Notes under the pieces: model-generated
Told to the model about the DNA's origin: nothing
The model's input: the letters and a program-made list of their open reading frames with translations, nothing else
Database searches by the model: none
Made by a program: the position numbers and the translations under genes
Assembly: GCF_018350175.1 (NCBI RefSeq)
Contig: NC_058368.1
Location: 215,514,001-215,578,000 of the forward strand
Reading direction: 5' to 3'
DNA from: Felis catus
Lineage: Eukaryota
Length of the DNA: 64,000 nucleotides
Shown here: positions 39,711 to 52,024 of the stretch, piece after piece
How positions within the stretch are numbered: position 1 is the stretch's first letter
How the letters are laid out: each line of letters opens with the position of its first letter

Positions 39711-39874
39711 ATCAGTGTGCATATATCCTTTTAAAATTAAATATATATACAAATTAAATATATTTAATTATATTTAATTAAATGTATTAAATATATTTAA
39801 TTAAAATTTTAAATATAAAATATATATATATTAACTATATATATTTAATTTTAAAAGGATATATGCACACTGAT
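39711..39874. repeat. AT-rich inverted repeat: perfect 39-bp arms, 86-bp AT spacer
   Basis: 39711-39749 is the exact reverse complement of 39836-39874. Confidence 0.95.
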
Positions 39875-40205
39875 ATATATAAAGATATTATTCTGAATTC
39901 CAAAATTTTGTAAGTTTATCAGAAAAAATTTTTAAAAAGTGTCTCGTTTTTAAAAACCCTAGAGATAACTATTAGAATTTTGATGTACATGTATAACATT
40001 CTTACATACTCTAATGTGCTTATTTGTAAACCTTTGGTTTGTTTTAAGCATTGAGTCCTGTAGTTTTTACCCTTACAAAGAAAAGTATAACCTCTAATAA
40101 TAAATTTTGGCCAAAAACTTGAAAAAACTTTTTTATAACAAAAATAATGCTCTCTTGTTATCCACTCTTTCTTTTATTACTGTTTTCAGTCCTTCTCAAG
40201 AATAT

Positions 40206-40386
40206 TTTCTTTTTTGTTACTGTTTATTTTTGGAGAGAGACAGAGAGAGAGACACAGAATCCGAAGCAGGCTCCAGGCTCTGAGCTGTCAGCACAGATCC
40301 CAACACGGGGCTTGGACCCATGAACTGCAAGATCATGACATAAGCCAAAGTCAAAGGCTTAACCAACCGAGCCACCCAGGCATCCC
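40206..40386 (-). mobile_element. Can-SINE
   Basis: Antisense SINE ending gccacccaggcatccc. Confidence 0.9.
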
Positions 40387-40510
40387 CAAAATATTTTTTA
40401 TTGTGTTTTTGTGTACTGAGTCATGAATTTCTCAATTTCTGTCTCCCTTAATTTAATTTACTCATCTACCAAAGATTTAAGGAAGCAAGCCTATCAACAC
40501 AGAGAAGCAG

Positions 40511-41002
40511 AGGGGCGCCTGGGTGGCTCAGTTGGTTGGGCATCCTACTTAGGCTCAGGTCACGATCTTACAGCTGGTGAGTTCGAGCCCCGGGTTGGGC
40601 TCTGTGCCGACAGCTCAGAGCCTGGATCCTGCTTAGGATTCTGTCTCCCTCTCTCACTGCCCCTCCTCCACTCACCCTCTGTCTCTCTCTCTCTATCTCT
40701 ATCTCTCTCTCAAAAATAAACATTAGGGGCGCCTGGGTGGCGCAGTCGGTTAAGCGTCCGACTTCAGCCAGGTCACGATCTCGCGGTCCGTGAGTTCGAT
40801 CCCCGCGTCAGGCTCTGGGCTGATGGCTCGGAGCCTGGAGCCTGTTTCCGATTCTGTGTCTCCCTCTCTCTCTGCCCCTCCCCCGTTCATGCTCTGTCTC
40901 TCTCTGTCCCAAAAATAAATAAAAAAAACGCTGAAAAAAAATTAAAAAAAAAATTAAAAAAATAAACATTAAATTAAAAATAAATAAATAAATAAATAAA
41001 CC
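40511..41002 (+). mobile_element. Can-SINE with a young SINEC_Fc-type copy (40726 to about 40956) nested in its tail
   Basis: Outer TSD cacagagaagcaga; inner TSD aaaaataaacatta; inner copy retains its CpGs. Confidence 0.95.
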
Positions 41003-41169
41003 CACAGAGAAGCAGAAATAAACTTTCGCCAGACTTTATAGGAAAACATTAATGCATTTGGTTATTCTACCCCTTTCCGTGGCACATTTGAGTGATGATT
41101 GTATTAAAAGCAAACCCAGCTTTAGGCAGTAATATTGAAAATGAGAGTAGGAGGTGAAGTAGGTTTATC

Positions 41170-41313
41170 ATAGACAGAATGCTGTCATGGATTAGTCTTC
41201 TTTTGATAGGCCTGGCTGAAGCGTGGTTGGTGTTCATTACTGGTTCTTTTATGTTCTCTTTTTCTGATTAGCTGCCATCTTGAACATGACTCATTTTAAA
41301 GACAAAATTACTA
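41170..41313 (-). pseudogene. Candidate decayed EF-hand exon
   Basis: Acceptor cttatttgctcag; reads SNFVFKMSHVQDG/LIRKREHKRTSNEHQPRFSQAY. Confidence 0.45.
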
Positions 41314-41710
41314 CTGAGCAAATAAGCAGTTCACTTTCTTACTTTACCGTTCTTCACCATTTTTTTTCAAGAAACATATAAGACAAAGATAGGAAAATGA
41401 GAAATTATTTTTAATTACATCATAATTTATAAAGTGACGTGCATTCTTCAAGGGCAGAGGAAATGCGTCATGTTGGAGCAAGTAAAAACTATTACTGTAC
41501 ATTTTAACACACCACTTAGTTTTTTGGTTTAGTTTCCTCAGCTACAAAATTAAGGATATGAATACATATTTTTTTTCATATTTGGTGTATGAATATTACA
41601 TGGGGACATGTAATCTTGATACAAACGGGTAAATATATTAAGTATACAACAGTGTACCTTTTAATCACTTACAATAAATAAGAAAAGACTGCGGCTGGCT
41701 AAAAGAGTAC

Positions 41711-41808
41711 CTTTCATTCATCTCTCTCAGTCCAGTATATTCTCATGTAACCAGGAAAGGATGCTGTGATGCTTATGAGCTGTGAGTTCCAGCAATGTCC
41801 CCCTCAAG
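41711..41808 (-). pseudogene. Candidate decayed EF-hand exon
   Basis: Acceptor ttttctttaacctgacag, donor AAG|GTAC; reads SITASFPGY/EN/TGLREMNE with frameshifts. Confidence 0.35.
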
Positions 41809-41955
41809 CTGTCAGGTTAAAGAAAATGATACTGACCTTGTGGTAGATGCAGGAAGGGCAAAATGAAAGCTAGCTCGGAGAATTATGTTCAAGTACCCTC
41901 TTCTAGTTGATCAAGTGCACAAGTGGGTGACAAGCTCCCTTGCGATCTTACTTAC

Positions 41956-42116
41956 CTTGCTTTCAACTAGCTTTTATCCACATTACTTTTTTCTTCAATA
42001 TTCTATGCTCTGAGTTTGTCTTTGATCCCTCTCCAGAAGGAAGCATGAATGTGACTTCAATTTTCAGGTATACGTAAAACTTTCAAGAGATTGCTTCTTT
42101 TGTGCTCATTACTTTC
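41956..42116 (-). pseudogene. Candidate decayed EF-hand exon
   Basis: Consensus donor AAG|GTAAGT; one frame reads ESNEHKRSNLLKVLRIPEN*SHIHASFWRGIKDKLRA*NIEEKSNVDKS*LKA. Confidence 0.45.
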
Positions 42117-42569
42117 CTATTTCAGTTACATACACCCTAAGCTCCATAATCTCATAGGCTTGTCAAATCCATTAAGGAAAAGAAAAATACAGTAGCCCAT
42201 GTCTATCAGATTGGGAGCTTCCAACACATGAGGGACTTTTGTTGTCACTTCCACAATTCTAAGATTCTTCTATTTTAATGTAGACCGTAGCAATTGAGGG
42301 TGGAAAAAAGAAAACAACAACAACCTGAGTCAATATGTGTTTTGCTTTTAAAAAAATAAATATTATACACTTTCACAAAGCTGTCAAATAACATAGAAAA
42401 CTGACTTAATTGGGATAAACTGAAGGTCATTTTACATGGTTAGACATTGATTACTCACATGTCACCTATGACCTCCTCAAATAATTAGATTCTCCCCTTA
42501 AATATCCACTGATAACGCATTTTAAAAGGCAAAATAACTACTGTGAAGCCATTCTGTTTTACTCAGGGT

Positions 42570-42768
42570 CTTATTTGCTGCTTTGTCACATCCACAGAGT
42601 GCTGTTAGTAATTTAAATAATTTAAGCTTTGGAAGATTGGTATGTTAATTTAATTAAAACTTTTCTGCCAATTGTTCTTGTTATTTTGCCATGTCTTATT
42701 GCCAGTACTTTCAGAAGCTGTGGAAGCTGTTGAGGAAAGAGATTACATTTTGCAATGAATTTCTCTTT
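42570..42768 (-). pseudogene. Candidate decayed EF-hand exon
   Basis: Strong acceptor ttctcattttcaacag; reads KEKFIAKC...HGKITRTIGRKVLIK/NIPI. Confidence 0.5.
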
Positions 42769-42886
42769 CTGTTGAAAATGAGAACCATTATAAAATTTTA
42801 TTTAGCCATTTATCCAAGATGGCAATACACTATCCTCAGGATTATAGGCCCGTGAGTTCGAAATCTTGCAGTGATTTAATGCTCAC

Positions 42887-42953
42887 TGTCCTCTTCCAGC
42901 TCCATGGTAACCTGATTCCATTGCCTTGAAGTAGTAAACATGTTGCTTGACAT
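42887..42953 (-). pseudogene. Small candidate exon (possible linker)
   Basis: ctgcatgtatttag acceptor and ACA|GTGAGC donor; one frame reads MSSNMFTTSRQWNQVTMELEED. Confidence 0.3.
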
Positions 42954-43179
42954 CTAAATACATGCAGAACTTTTGCCAAAGGCACAGCATCCACTAATGA
43001 ATTTCAGTGGTATTGGCCAGGAGAGCGTCAGTGAAGGCCAAGTAAGGCTTTAACTTGAGAGTCTTGATACTGATCACCGGAAGAATTTGGCTGCAACAGT
43101 GTTTTTAAGCCAGCAGTTTGGCAGGTGAATTAGCAAATTAAAGGTGACACTATGAAGTTTTGAAAAATGTAAATAAAGG

Positions 43180-43365
43180 TGATGTATAGGTAGTAACCCA
43201 GTCTAGGAATCAGAAGACACAGATCCAGCCTAAGCTCTGCACTGTGAAACTTTGGGGAGAAATACATTTGCCTATCAGAATTTACTTACAGAGAATCTGA
43301 TTTAAAATACGAAATGAGAGAATAGAACCTACCATAAAATGTAAACGTGGTTAGATATTATTTAC
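43180..43365 (+). mobile_element. MIR-family relic
   Basis: ctaggaatcagaagac...ctctgcactgtgaaactttgggg. Confidence 0.55.
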
Positions 43366-43849
43366 AAATAAGAAAGCAGGCTTAAAGACTACCCAGTATG
43401 AGATTTCTTCCCAGCTGCTAATATAAGGGGTTAAGTAATGGAGGTGAAGAAAATTAAAAATAAATAGGGAGTCATCTCAAATGTGCCAGTTTCCTCTTTT
43501 TCCCAGAACTAACCTAATCAATCTCTTTGTTTTCTCACTGTCTAGGGGCTTTCACTCCAGTGCCCACTATGAGCCCGTGGCATCGCTCCCTGCCCTAGAT
43601 TGTCTCTTCACCCACATTACTCAATACCATTTTATCTTCTTCTTTCCTCAAGTAAATAAAAACAGTTAATAGTGAATCTATTTAAAAAAACAGAAACAAA
43701 ACAAAACAAAAACAAAATCCCTTTGAGACTTTTCCTTTGGGAAAAGAGGGTAAGTCCAAAGCTAAGTATTTTTAATCATTTTAAGACTATATGATGAATT
43801 AAGATTTATCCTTTTATTTTTTGACACTCTTCCAGTAAGGAGACACCTC

Positions 43850-44325
43850 TTCTTGTATATGGGCAAGCTCTGTGACTACTTTTTTCCATAGAACATGGAG
43901 GAAATGATTCCATCTTCTGGGTGCAGGCTGCTTTTGCTATCCATCTCTTGAAACATACATGTTTTAGAGCCCAACTGTTATGAAATGAGAAGCCCAAGAG
44001 ACATGAGGAGGCCATGGGGGGACAATGCATGCGATAATTCTAGAGAGCTCCCAGCCAGCAAACAGGACCAACCCTCAGCAATGTGACAGAGACACCTTGA
44101 CTTTCCTGCCATGTCAAACTCAAAAATGACTCTCGTCCCAACTTCTCTTCAACCGTATTCACTATGAGAGGCATCAGGCAAGAACTGCCTAGCTGATTCT
44201 AGGAAACACATAGAAACATGATAGAAGACAACGTGGGTTTTTTGTTTGTTTTTGTGGTTTTTTTTTGTTTTTTTTTGTTTGTTCTGCCATACACCCAGTT
44301 ATTCATGCATCATAGCAACGGTACT
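43850..44325 (+). mobile_element. Old MLT1 (G/H-like) LTR
   Basis: gagaagcccaag...catgaggaggcca...aagaactgcctagctga. Confidence 0.65.
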
Positions 44326-44954
44326 CCTTCCTGCCAGCTAAAATACATGGGTACCTGACTTATCTCTGGTATCTATTTAAAGTCTGTTACCCGGGATTTT
44401 ATGTCAACTTGAAGTATAATCCCTACCTTGATGTGTCTCAGCTATTTTGGATTTCTCTATTCAGAACTTCCACGCTCGATTCAAACAAATGAAGTTTATT
44501 CTCCTTTATCATGTCCATTTCTTCCTATGTTACTTTCTTAGGTCAATGGAAATAGAATTTGAGAGTCACATATCCTCTAAAGAGTTAACAATTTGACTTG
44601 AAGCGTTCTTGGCATGTAAGCTCTTTCTTTATAGTCCCATAGTGGCATCCTTAGTTGCAAGTCTTGTATTTACATATATTAATTAGTTTCTTAGCCACAG
44701 TTTCTCTGCCCAATTTACCACTTACCAATAAATCTATTTTCCACACAGTTCCTTATTTTTCCAAAAGTAAAATGCCATAATGCCATTAACTACACTTAGT
44801 TGATGTATTGTATGAAACATTGTTTTCCTTCAATCTGTAAAATGCCAGTTGAAAGATACACAGACAGATCTCTGAGTTCAGAACTTAGGAATTAACTAAG
44901 GTTCAGAGAGCCAACACCTGTCTTTGTAGGAATAAAGCCAAATAAAAAATTATA

Positions 44955-45125
44955 GTAATGGGAAATGCATTGATAGTACTAACAATGACCCAGGTGCTGT
45001 TCTAAGCATCCTATATGTATGAACTCATTTTATCCTCCCAATATTTGTATTGGATAGGTACTATTATCTCACTTTATAGATAAGGAAATTGAGACATAGA
45101 GGTTAAATAATTTGGACATTCTGCA
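44955..45125 (-). mobile_element. MIR SINE
   Basis: ccaggtgctgttctaagc...ttatagataaggaaattgagacatagaggttaaataa. Confidence 0.85.
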
Positions 45126-46061
45126 CATCTATCTCCCTTTAGAATATTAATGCTAGATAAGCATTTGTACCTTCTAATCGTTTTCATAAATGTCATGAAA
45201 TTTACGAAAGACATGGAAACGGCAGAGCATATAGATTAGAAAATTTAGGTGTGCTTCAAAATCATTACAGTATAGAGATAGCAAATTACTCTATCCAAAC
45301 ATAAGAGTGACTTGGTCAGGACTTCAAAGCCATCTCTAGAGCTAGGAAGAGATATTGAAAGTGCACCTTTCTATGGGAGGAGGAATTATACAAGAGCAGA
45401 TTGCATAAAAAGTGAAATAAATGGTATAGAAGCTATATCGTGGGATGTAAATTTATGATATGGGTCAGTATCTATGATCATTTCTCCCCGCCGCTTTCCC
45501 CAAGTGTACATAACTGAAGACTACAATCCAAAAATAATGGATGTGAGTCACAGTATCTCTTGATTCTATCCCTCAAGTACCATATATGTATAATAAAAGT
45601 CATGGGGATTTTGTGGTTTTTTAAATCAGATTTTTGGTCAAGTTCCTAAAGTTGAGGGCAATAGGAGCTCTTGAAAGAGATCAACTCAGAACCAGTGTCA
45701 TCCTCCATACATTGCTGAGAAATACACTAGCTCCTTGACATCACTTCCATTACCACATATTATCTATGTAATCAGAAAAGACCAGACAGTGTATATACTC
45801 AGAATACTGGAATTCACTTGAAGGGATATCATTGAAGGGAGTATGAATAATGAAAATGAGATTTTTCTTACACTTGAAAATTAAGACACAGGGAGGAAGA
45901 TTAACTACAAAATGGCTGAAAAAGTGAAGTGAGATATAAAGACGCTTCTATTTTATCACTATTGAGTCCATACTTTTTAATAATATATTAGCTATCAAAT
46001 AGTACACAGAGCAGTTTAGGAATGACAGACAATGGTACATGTGAAAGTCCAATTCCCTCCC

Positions 46062-46290
46062 CTGTTCCTCGAGGTGTATTTGAGGTTTCTATTTCAGTTT
46101 GTTTGAGAAATTGCTCCAAAACTTTATATGTTGCAATGCCACTACTTTCTTGATTTATATATTTTATAAGGAAATATTGATCCTTTATATGAAAGATGGA
46201 AATTGAACTCACTTGTATCGGCATCTTTTCATTGCTGACCCCATATATGTTTGAAAGTTATATTAATTTCCATTCTTGTATTTAATGGAA
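46062..46290 (-). pseudogene. Candidate decayed EF-hand exon
   Basis: Reads EINITFKHI.., SEFNFHLS/KDQYFLIKYINQESSGIATYKVLEQFLKQ; donor degenerate (CAG|GGGAGG). Confidence 0.5.
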
Positions 46291-46719
46291 ACATCTCTTG
46301 AAATTAATGTTCATTTCTAAGTTACCTTTGCACAGTTAATTATATTTTAGTTCTATAAGGGCTGTGATGAAAAATAGCCTGCTGCAGAATCAACTTCACT
46401 TCCATTATTTACAGCCTGGGACTTTCAATGGGTCTGGCTGTGTCTTTTAGTATTGTTGTTTGTTGTTGTTTGTTGTATTTCTAAATTACATGCGTATGTT
46501 GATTTTTTTGTATGTTTTAGTCGCTATACAATTGTATTTATTTGTAAAAAAATGAGTTTAGTGTATCTTCCCTATTCCTGTCTTACCTCCTGGTTTTTCA
46601 TACTTTGATTCCCTCTGAAAGATGCATTCTAAATTTTGTTAGCTCACTATTCAGTAGCTATATTATTATGACTACATGAATATATCCAACAGCATTTCCC
46701 TTTTTACTTAAGAATTTCC

Positions 46720-48395
46720 AGTATATGTTAGTCTTCTAAGCATGTGAGATCCATTGCCCAATGAAAATAGATTAAATCCCTCTTTTTCAGGAGTTTATAT
46801 TAAAGAGAAGAATATAAATTACAAATATAATAACCAAGTAAATTCAGAGGAATATTAGGAGGTGACAAATATCCTGGTCAGAATGAAAAGGGGAACAGGA
46901 GAAAGGATATCTGGAGTTGCTTATAGAGAAGGTAGAATACATTTTAAACACGATACCAGGCGCTGTACCATTCGTGTGCAGTGACATCTGAGCAAAGATG
47001 TGAATTAAATAAAGGGATTAGCCACCAAATAGGATGGTGACGGCATTCTATGTGGAGAGAATGGTGAGCATTAAGTCCCTTTGGCTGGAACATGTTTAGA
47101 TTGGACCCGGAGGATTTAGCAAGGAGGTTGGCTTAGCGGGAATGGGAGACCTCTTGGGGGATGTTGCGAGGGAGAGAACAAATGGCTACATCATGAAAGG
47201 ACCTCATGGAATGTTTTCAAGAACTTTGTTTTTTCCTATGAATGGAATAAGAAACTGTTGCAGAAAAATTATCAGCCTTAAAAATGTTTAATCTGGCTAC
47301 TCTATTGAAAATAGGACGTTGGACTCCAGATGAAGTGGGAAGAACAGTGATAAGATCACCGAAAATAAGAAATTGTAAAATAAACCCAAAGATAGCAGTT
47401 GGGATGAAGAGTACTCAAATCTTGATGCATTTTATATTTTAACATTTTTAAAAAATGTTTTTAATGTTTATTTATTATTTTGAGGGAGAGAGCGAGTGGG
47501 GCAGGGGCAGAGAGAGAGGGAGACACAGAATCTGAAGCAGGCTCCAGGCTCTGAGCTGTCAGCACAGAGCCCGTCATGGGGCTCCAACCCACAGACCACG
47601 AGATCACGACCTGAACTGTAGTTGGTGGCTTAACTGAGTCATCCAGGCGTCCCTGTTTTTTAACATTTGTTAAGTGTATATTTACTTTTGAGAAAGAGAG
47701 AGAGACAGAGACAGAGCACAAGCGGGGAGGGGGCAGAGAGAAGCAGAGACACAGAATCAGAAGCAGGCTCCAGGCTCCAGGCTCTGAGTTGTCAGCCCAG
47801 AGTCTGAGGCAGGGCTGGAACTCATGAACAAGGAGATCGTGACCCCAGCAGACATCTGACACTCAACCGACTGAGCCACCCAGGTGCCCCCATTCATTTT
47901 AAATGCAAGCAAAAAAGACTTTTTGAAGGGTTGGACGTGAAAAAATAAAAATGGCGGTTTAAGTATGACATGATAGTTTTTGTGCCGAAAGCGTGAAAAG
48001 TTAGAGTTGCCATCAAATGAGATGAGGATGGCCTCCGCAGGAGCAGATCAAGTCGAAGAAGAAAATTATGGGTTCATTTTTTGCACATGTTGATTTGAGA
48101 TACTAACTAGACACATTTACAAGCTATAACTGAGACAGAGGCTGGTACTGTGAATGTAATTTTGGCAATCAGCATATAGATTAAATCCATAAAACTGGAA
48201 GAGAACACCAAGGAAATGAGAATAGAAAGTAAAAAGATAGGAGTCTTAAGCCCTGGAACACTTCAACAGAAACAAAACAAGAGGACACAAACCTAAGGTG
48301 GAAGAACCAGAAAAAGAGCCTAAGAATGAGTTTCCAGAGAGTAAAATATGATTCAGGAAGTAGAGCGGAAAGGTGCACATGGAGGGAGAGGACGA
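46720..48395 (-). mobile_element. LINE-2 fragment carrying two SINEs
   Basis: gtgacatctgagcaaagatgtgaa; gagttgccatcaaatgagatg; catgttgatttgagat. Confidence 0.8.
47445..47890 (-). mobile_element. Two Can-SINEs (47445-47653 nested in the tail of 47670-47890)
   Basis: Two antisense SINE bodies; ttttaacattt duplicated. Confidence 0.92.
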
Positions 48396-48439
48396 TAAAC
48401 TCGATATGATCGTGCTGCTCGTTTTCTGAAATTCTATGC

Positions 48440-49880
48440 TGATCCGCTTTGTTACGTCTCTACACAGATTCACTTGTTGGCATTCTCTGTGCCTTGTCCC
48501 TAGTCCCTTCTTTGGCTCTGGTAACTCCTCCCCTCCACACTCTCTCTTCTTTCTTTCTAGGACTTTTGTTTCTGTGTATAATTTGCAGATGGGATTCTCC
48601 CTTTGTCACCTAATAATTCCATTTCGTTTGTTTTTGTTCTATTTTATCGGAGATTTTAAATTCTGATACATTATTGTCTATTGAATTCTTTTTTTTTAAC
48701 CCTCTCAATGTTGCTTTTTTATGGCAGCCATTTGTTGATTAATGCTGTACCTTTAAATGCTCAGAAGCTGTTCTAAAGTTATTTTCACAAACAATTTCTG
48801 TTCTTTTCCTGCTGATTTTTTTAATCTTTAGTGTTTATCACAGACTCAATCAGTTACAACAGAGACTTTTTGCTTTAGTTTTTTAAAGAAAAGCTCTAGT
48901 GATCCCTGGTCATTTTCTTTTCTTTAAAAGCAGGGAAATTAAAATACTTTTTTTGAAAATCTGCATATATAGATACGGCCTTTTTTTTTGTTTTTTTTGT
49001 TTTTTTGTTTTTTGGTCTTTATTGAGTTGTCATGTGGCTGAACCATTTCACTGGGGAATCTTTAAAGTCAGAACTTTTAGTCATTTCTTTGAGTTGGTAA
49101 GATTTTCCACTTTGGAAGAATATATGCCTTGCTAACTGCACTGAAAATTCTGGAATTCCAGCAGGGAAAGAATCTGGTGGGTCCCAATATTCGTAATGTT
49201 TGATACGTAAACTTTTCTTTAAACCATTCCTCTTATCTGCAGTCCATAGCCTTTTATTACCCTCTTCAGAGAACGATGTTTAGTCTTCTGTGATAGAGAA
49301 GTGTAATTGTCTCTAGACTGCATGGCTGGAGCGGGTGAAGTGTGGGTAAAACTTCCATTTAGAACAATCAATCTTTCTGTTATCACATCAAGATCACCTC
49401 CACTTCCAGGTTGGTTACATCCAATTCCAGAAACTTATGAGGGTTCAATTCTACAAATCCAATTGCCCCTCAGCTTTTCACAATTGGCTTAATATTCTGC
49501 TTTTCAGGGACGCCTGGGTGGCTCAGTCGGTTGTGCGTCCGACTTCAGCTCAGGTCATAGTCTTGCAGTTTGTGAGTTCGAGCCCCGCGTTGGGGTTTGT
49601 GCTAACAAACAGTTCAGAGCCTGGAGCCTGCTTCAGATTCTGTATCTCTCTCTCTCTCTCCCCCCCCTCCACTGCTCATGCTCTGCCTCTCTCTCTCAAA
49701 GTAAATAAATGTTAAAAAAAAATAATATTCTGCTATTCAGGCTTACTAACTCAGACATTTATACAGTTTCCAAAACACTGTTGATTTTTTCATCCCCTAT
49801 TTCCTTTATGATTTAATACTTAAAACTTATTCTATTGTTTTAGGAGGAGTTTGTGTTTATGGAAGTTAATGAACACTAGG
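48440..49880 (-). mobile_element. Very old L1 (L1ME-like) 5'/ORF1 region, degenerate
   Basis: T-rich antisense L1-like composition; weak motif match. Confidence 0.4.
49507..49722 (+). mobile_element. Can-SINE (Fc-type)
   Basis: TSD aatattctgct. Confidence 0.93.
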
Positions 49881-50068
49881 TTTGCCATGATACTCTTGGA
49901 TGTCTCTTCTAACATTTATAATTTTAATATATTATATATGATAATATTATCATATTTTTTAATCATTTTTCTTCAACCTCCATGTTACTCAAATTAGCAA
50001 CATTCTTACTTTACACTTTTTTTAAAATAAACTTTTCACTTTGGAGTGATTTTAGGTTTACAGAGAAG

Positions 50069-50165
50069 TTCAGTCGGTAGAACATGTGACTCTTGATCTT
50101 GGGGTCATGATTTCAAGCCCCATGATATGTATAGAGTTTACTTAAAAACAAAAACAAAAACAAAT
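50069..50165 (+). mobile_element. Short Can-SINE variant lacking the CT region
   Basis: tcagtcggtagaacatgtgactcttgatcttggggtcatgatttcaagcccc...gtttacttaaaa. Confidence 0.8.
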
Positions 50166-50721
50166 ACACTAAAATTTATCTCTTATACCAAAACTATAAT
50201 ACTTTTTTCACTTTCCTAAATATAGGCATACCTTGGAGATATTGTGGGTTTGGTTCCAGACTACTGCAATAAAAAGAATATTGCAATAAAGCTAGTCAAA
50301 TAAATGTTTTGGTTTCCCAGCACATATGGAATTTGTGTTTACACTCGACTATAGTCTATGAAGTATACAACAGCATGTGTCCAAAAGATTTAAATATTTC
50401 AGTTAAAAATACTTTATTGATAAAAAAAAAAAAAGGCCAACCATTATCTCAGCTTTCAGAGTCATAATAATCTTTTGGCTGGTGGAGAGCCTTATCTCGA
50501 TGTTAATAACTGTGGACTGGTCAGAGTGGTGGTTGCTGAAGGCTAGGATGACTGTGATATTTCTTAAAGTGAGACAAAAATGAAATTTTTTCCACCAATT
50601 GACTCTTCCTATCACATATGATTTCTCTGTGGCATGTAAACTGTTTTATAGCATTTTACCCACATAGAACCTCTTCCAGAATTGGAATCAATCCTCTCAA
50701 ACACTCCATCTGCTTCATTAA

Positions 50722-50762
50722 CTTTTTTTAAAGTTTATTTATTTTTGAGAGAGAGAGAGAAG

Positions 50763-50814
<52 letters not shown>

Positions 50815-50984
50815 TTGAGAGGGGGAGGGGTAGAGAGAGCAGGAGAGCAAGAGAATCCCAAACAGGCTCCAAGCCAACAGCACAGAGCCCTATGTGGGCT
50901 GGAACTCACAGACCTCAAGATCATAACCTGAGCCCAAATCAAGAGTCAGACACTTAACCAACCAAGAGCTACCCATGTGCCCCC
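50722..50984 (-). mobile_element. Can-SINE with expanded (GA)n
   Basis: Antisense SINE; (GA)n at about 50747-50812. Confidence 0.9.
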
Positions 50985-51087
50985 ATAGACTAAGTTTATG
51001 TAATATTCTAAATTCTTTGTCGTCATTTCAACAATTTTCACAGCATTTTCACTGGGAGTAGATTCCATCTCAAGAAAGAACTTTCCT

Positions 51088-51306
51088 TTTTTATTTAAAA
51101 TCTTTAAAGTTTATTTATTTTGAAAGACAAAGATAGTATGATCAGGTGAGGGGCAGAGATAGAGGGAGAGAGATTGAGAATCCTAAGCGGGCTCCACACC
51201 ATCAGCGCACAGCCCAATGTGGGGCTTGAACTCACAAAACTGAGATCACGACCTGAGCAGAAACCAAGAGTCGGGCGCTTAACTGACTGAGCCACCCAAG
51301 CACCCC
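51088..51306 (-). mobile_element. Can-SINE
   Basis: Antisense SINE ending gagccacccaagcacccc. Confidence 0.9.
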
Positions 51307-52024
51307 TCAAAAAACCATTTTCTTTGCCTGTCCCTAAGAAGCAACTCATCTGTTAAAGTATTGTCATGAAATTGCAACAATTCAAATATAATAATGAAGA
51401 ATTTGGAAATATTGTGACAATTACCAAAATGTGACACAGAGACACAAAATGAGCAAAGGCTGTTAAAAAAAATGGTGCCTCAACATTGTCTCAACACAAT
51501 TTGCCACAAAACTTCAATTTGGAAAAAAAAAATTCAATGTCTACAAAGTGCAAAAAATACAGTAAAATGGAGGAATGCCTATAAAATTGCCTCAAAATAT
51601 TATAAAATGTACACCTCATTTATTATAGTAACTTAATAGTGTCTTTTTGTTTTCTTTCTTTCCATAGGGATAGTTTTAAAGTAGCTTAGGATACTTAAAG
51701 AGAATGTTTCTGGCATCAACATCACATAAATTCTTTTTTCTTACATTCAACTAATTCTTTAAAACCATTATAAATTACACCTCAGTGTATTCATGTTCAT
51801 CTTTTTTAGTTGTTTTGCTATTTATGGAGGTTCTATTTGTCCTATTCTCCGCTAATGGAAATGTGACTATTATGTTTTGAAAACATCGTGTTTACAACAG
51901 TTTCAATCATTAAACCTATTCATAGAATCATTTTTATTTCCAAAGATGTCTGCCTATGTTTGTTCTGTTGAATCACAACTCCCCCCCACCAGTCCATATT
52001 CTTTTTATAATTAAGAATGCATTT

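Larger units (their letters stand above)
50223..51581 (-). mobile_element. Internally deleted Tigger1-type DNA transposon with both TIRs
   Basis: TA-taggcataccttggagatattg ... gaggaatgccta-TA; SINEs inserted at 50722-50984 and 51088-51306. Confidence 0.85.

Noticed and set aside
40726..40810. tRNA gene (A and B box-like sequence)
   Set aside because: It is the tRNA-derived head of a Can-SINE, followed by the SINE body, CT tract, tail and TSD.
45273..45338. Tiny element with imperfect inverted ends tagagatagc...gccatctcta
   Set aside because: Could be a hAT MITE relic, but there is no TSD and no family I can recognise.
45600..45773. Extra EF-hand-like reading on the minus strand (QCMEDDTGSELISFK)
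   Set aside because: Plausible but weak, and its order relative to neighbouring candidate exons is unclear; left out pending alignment.
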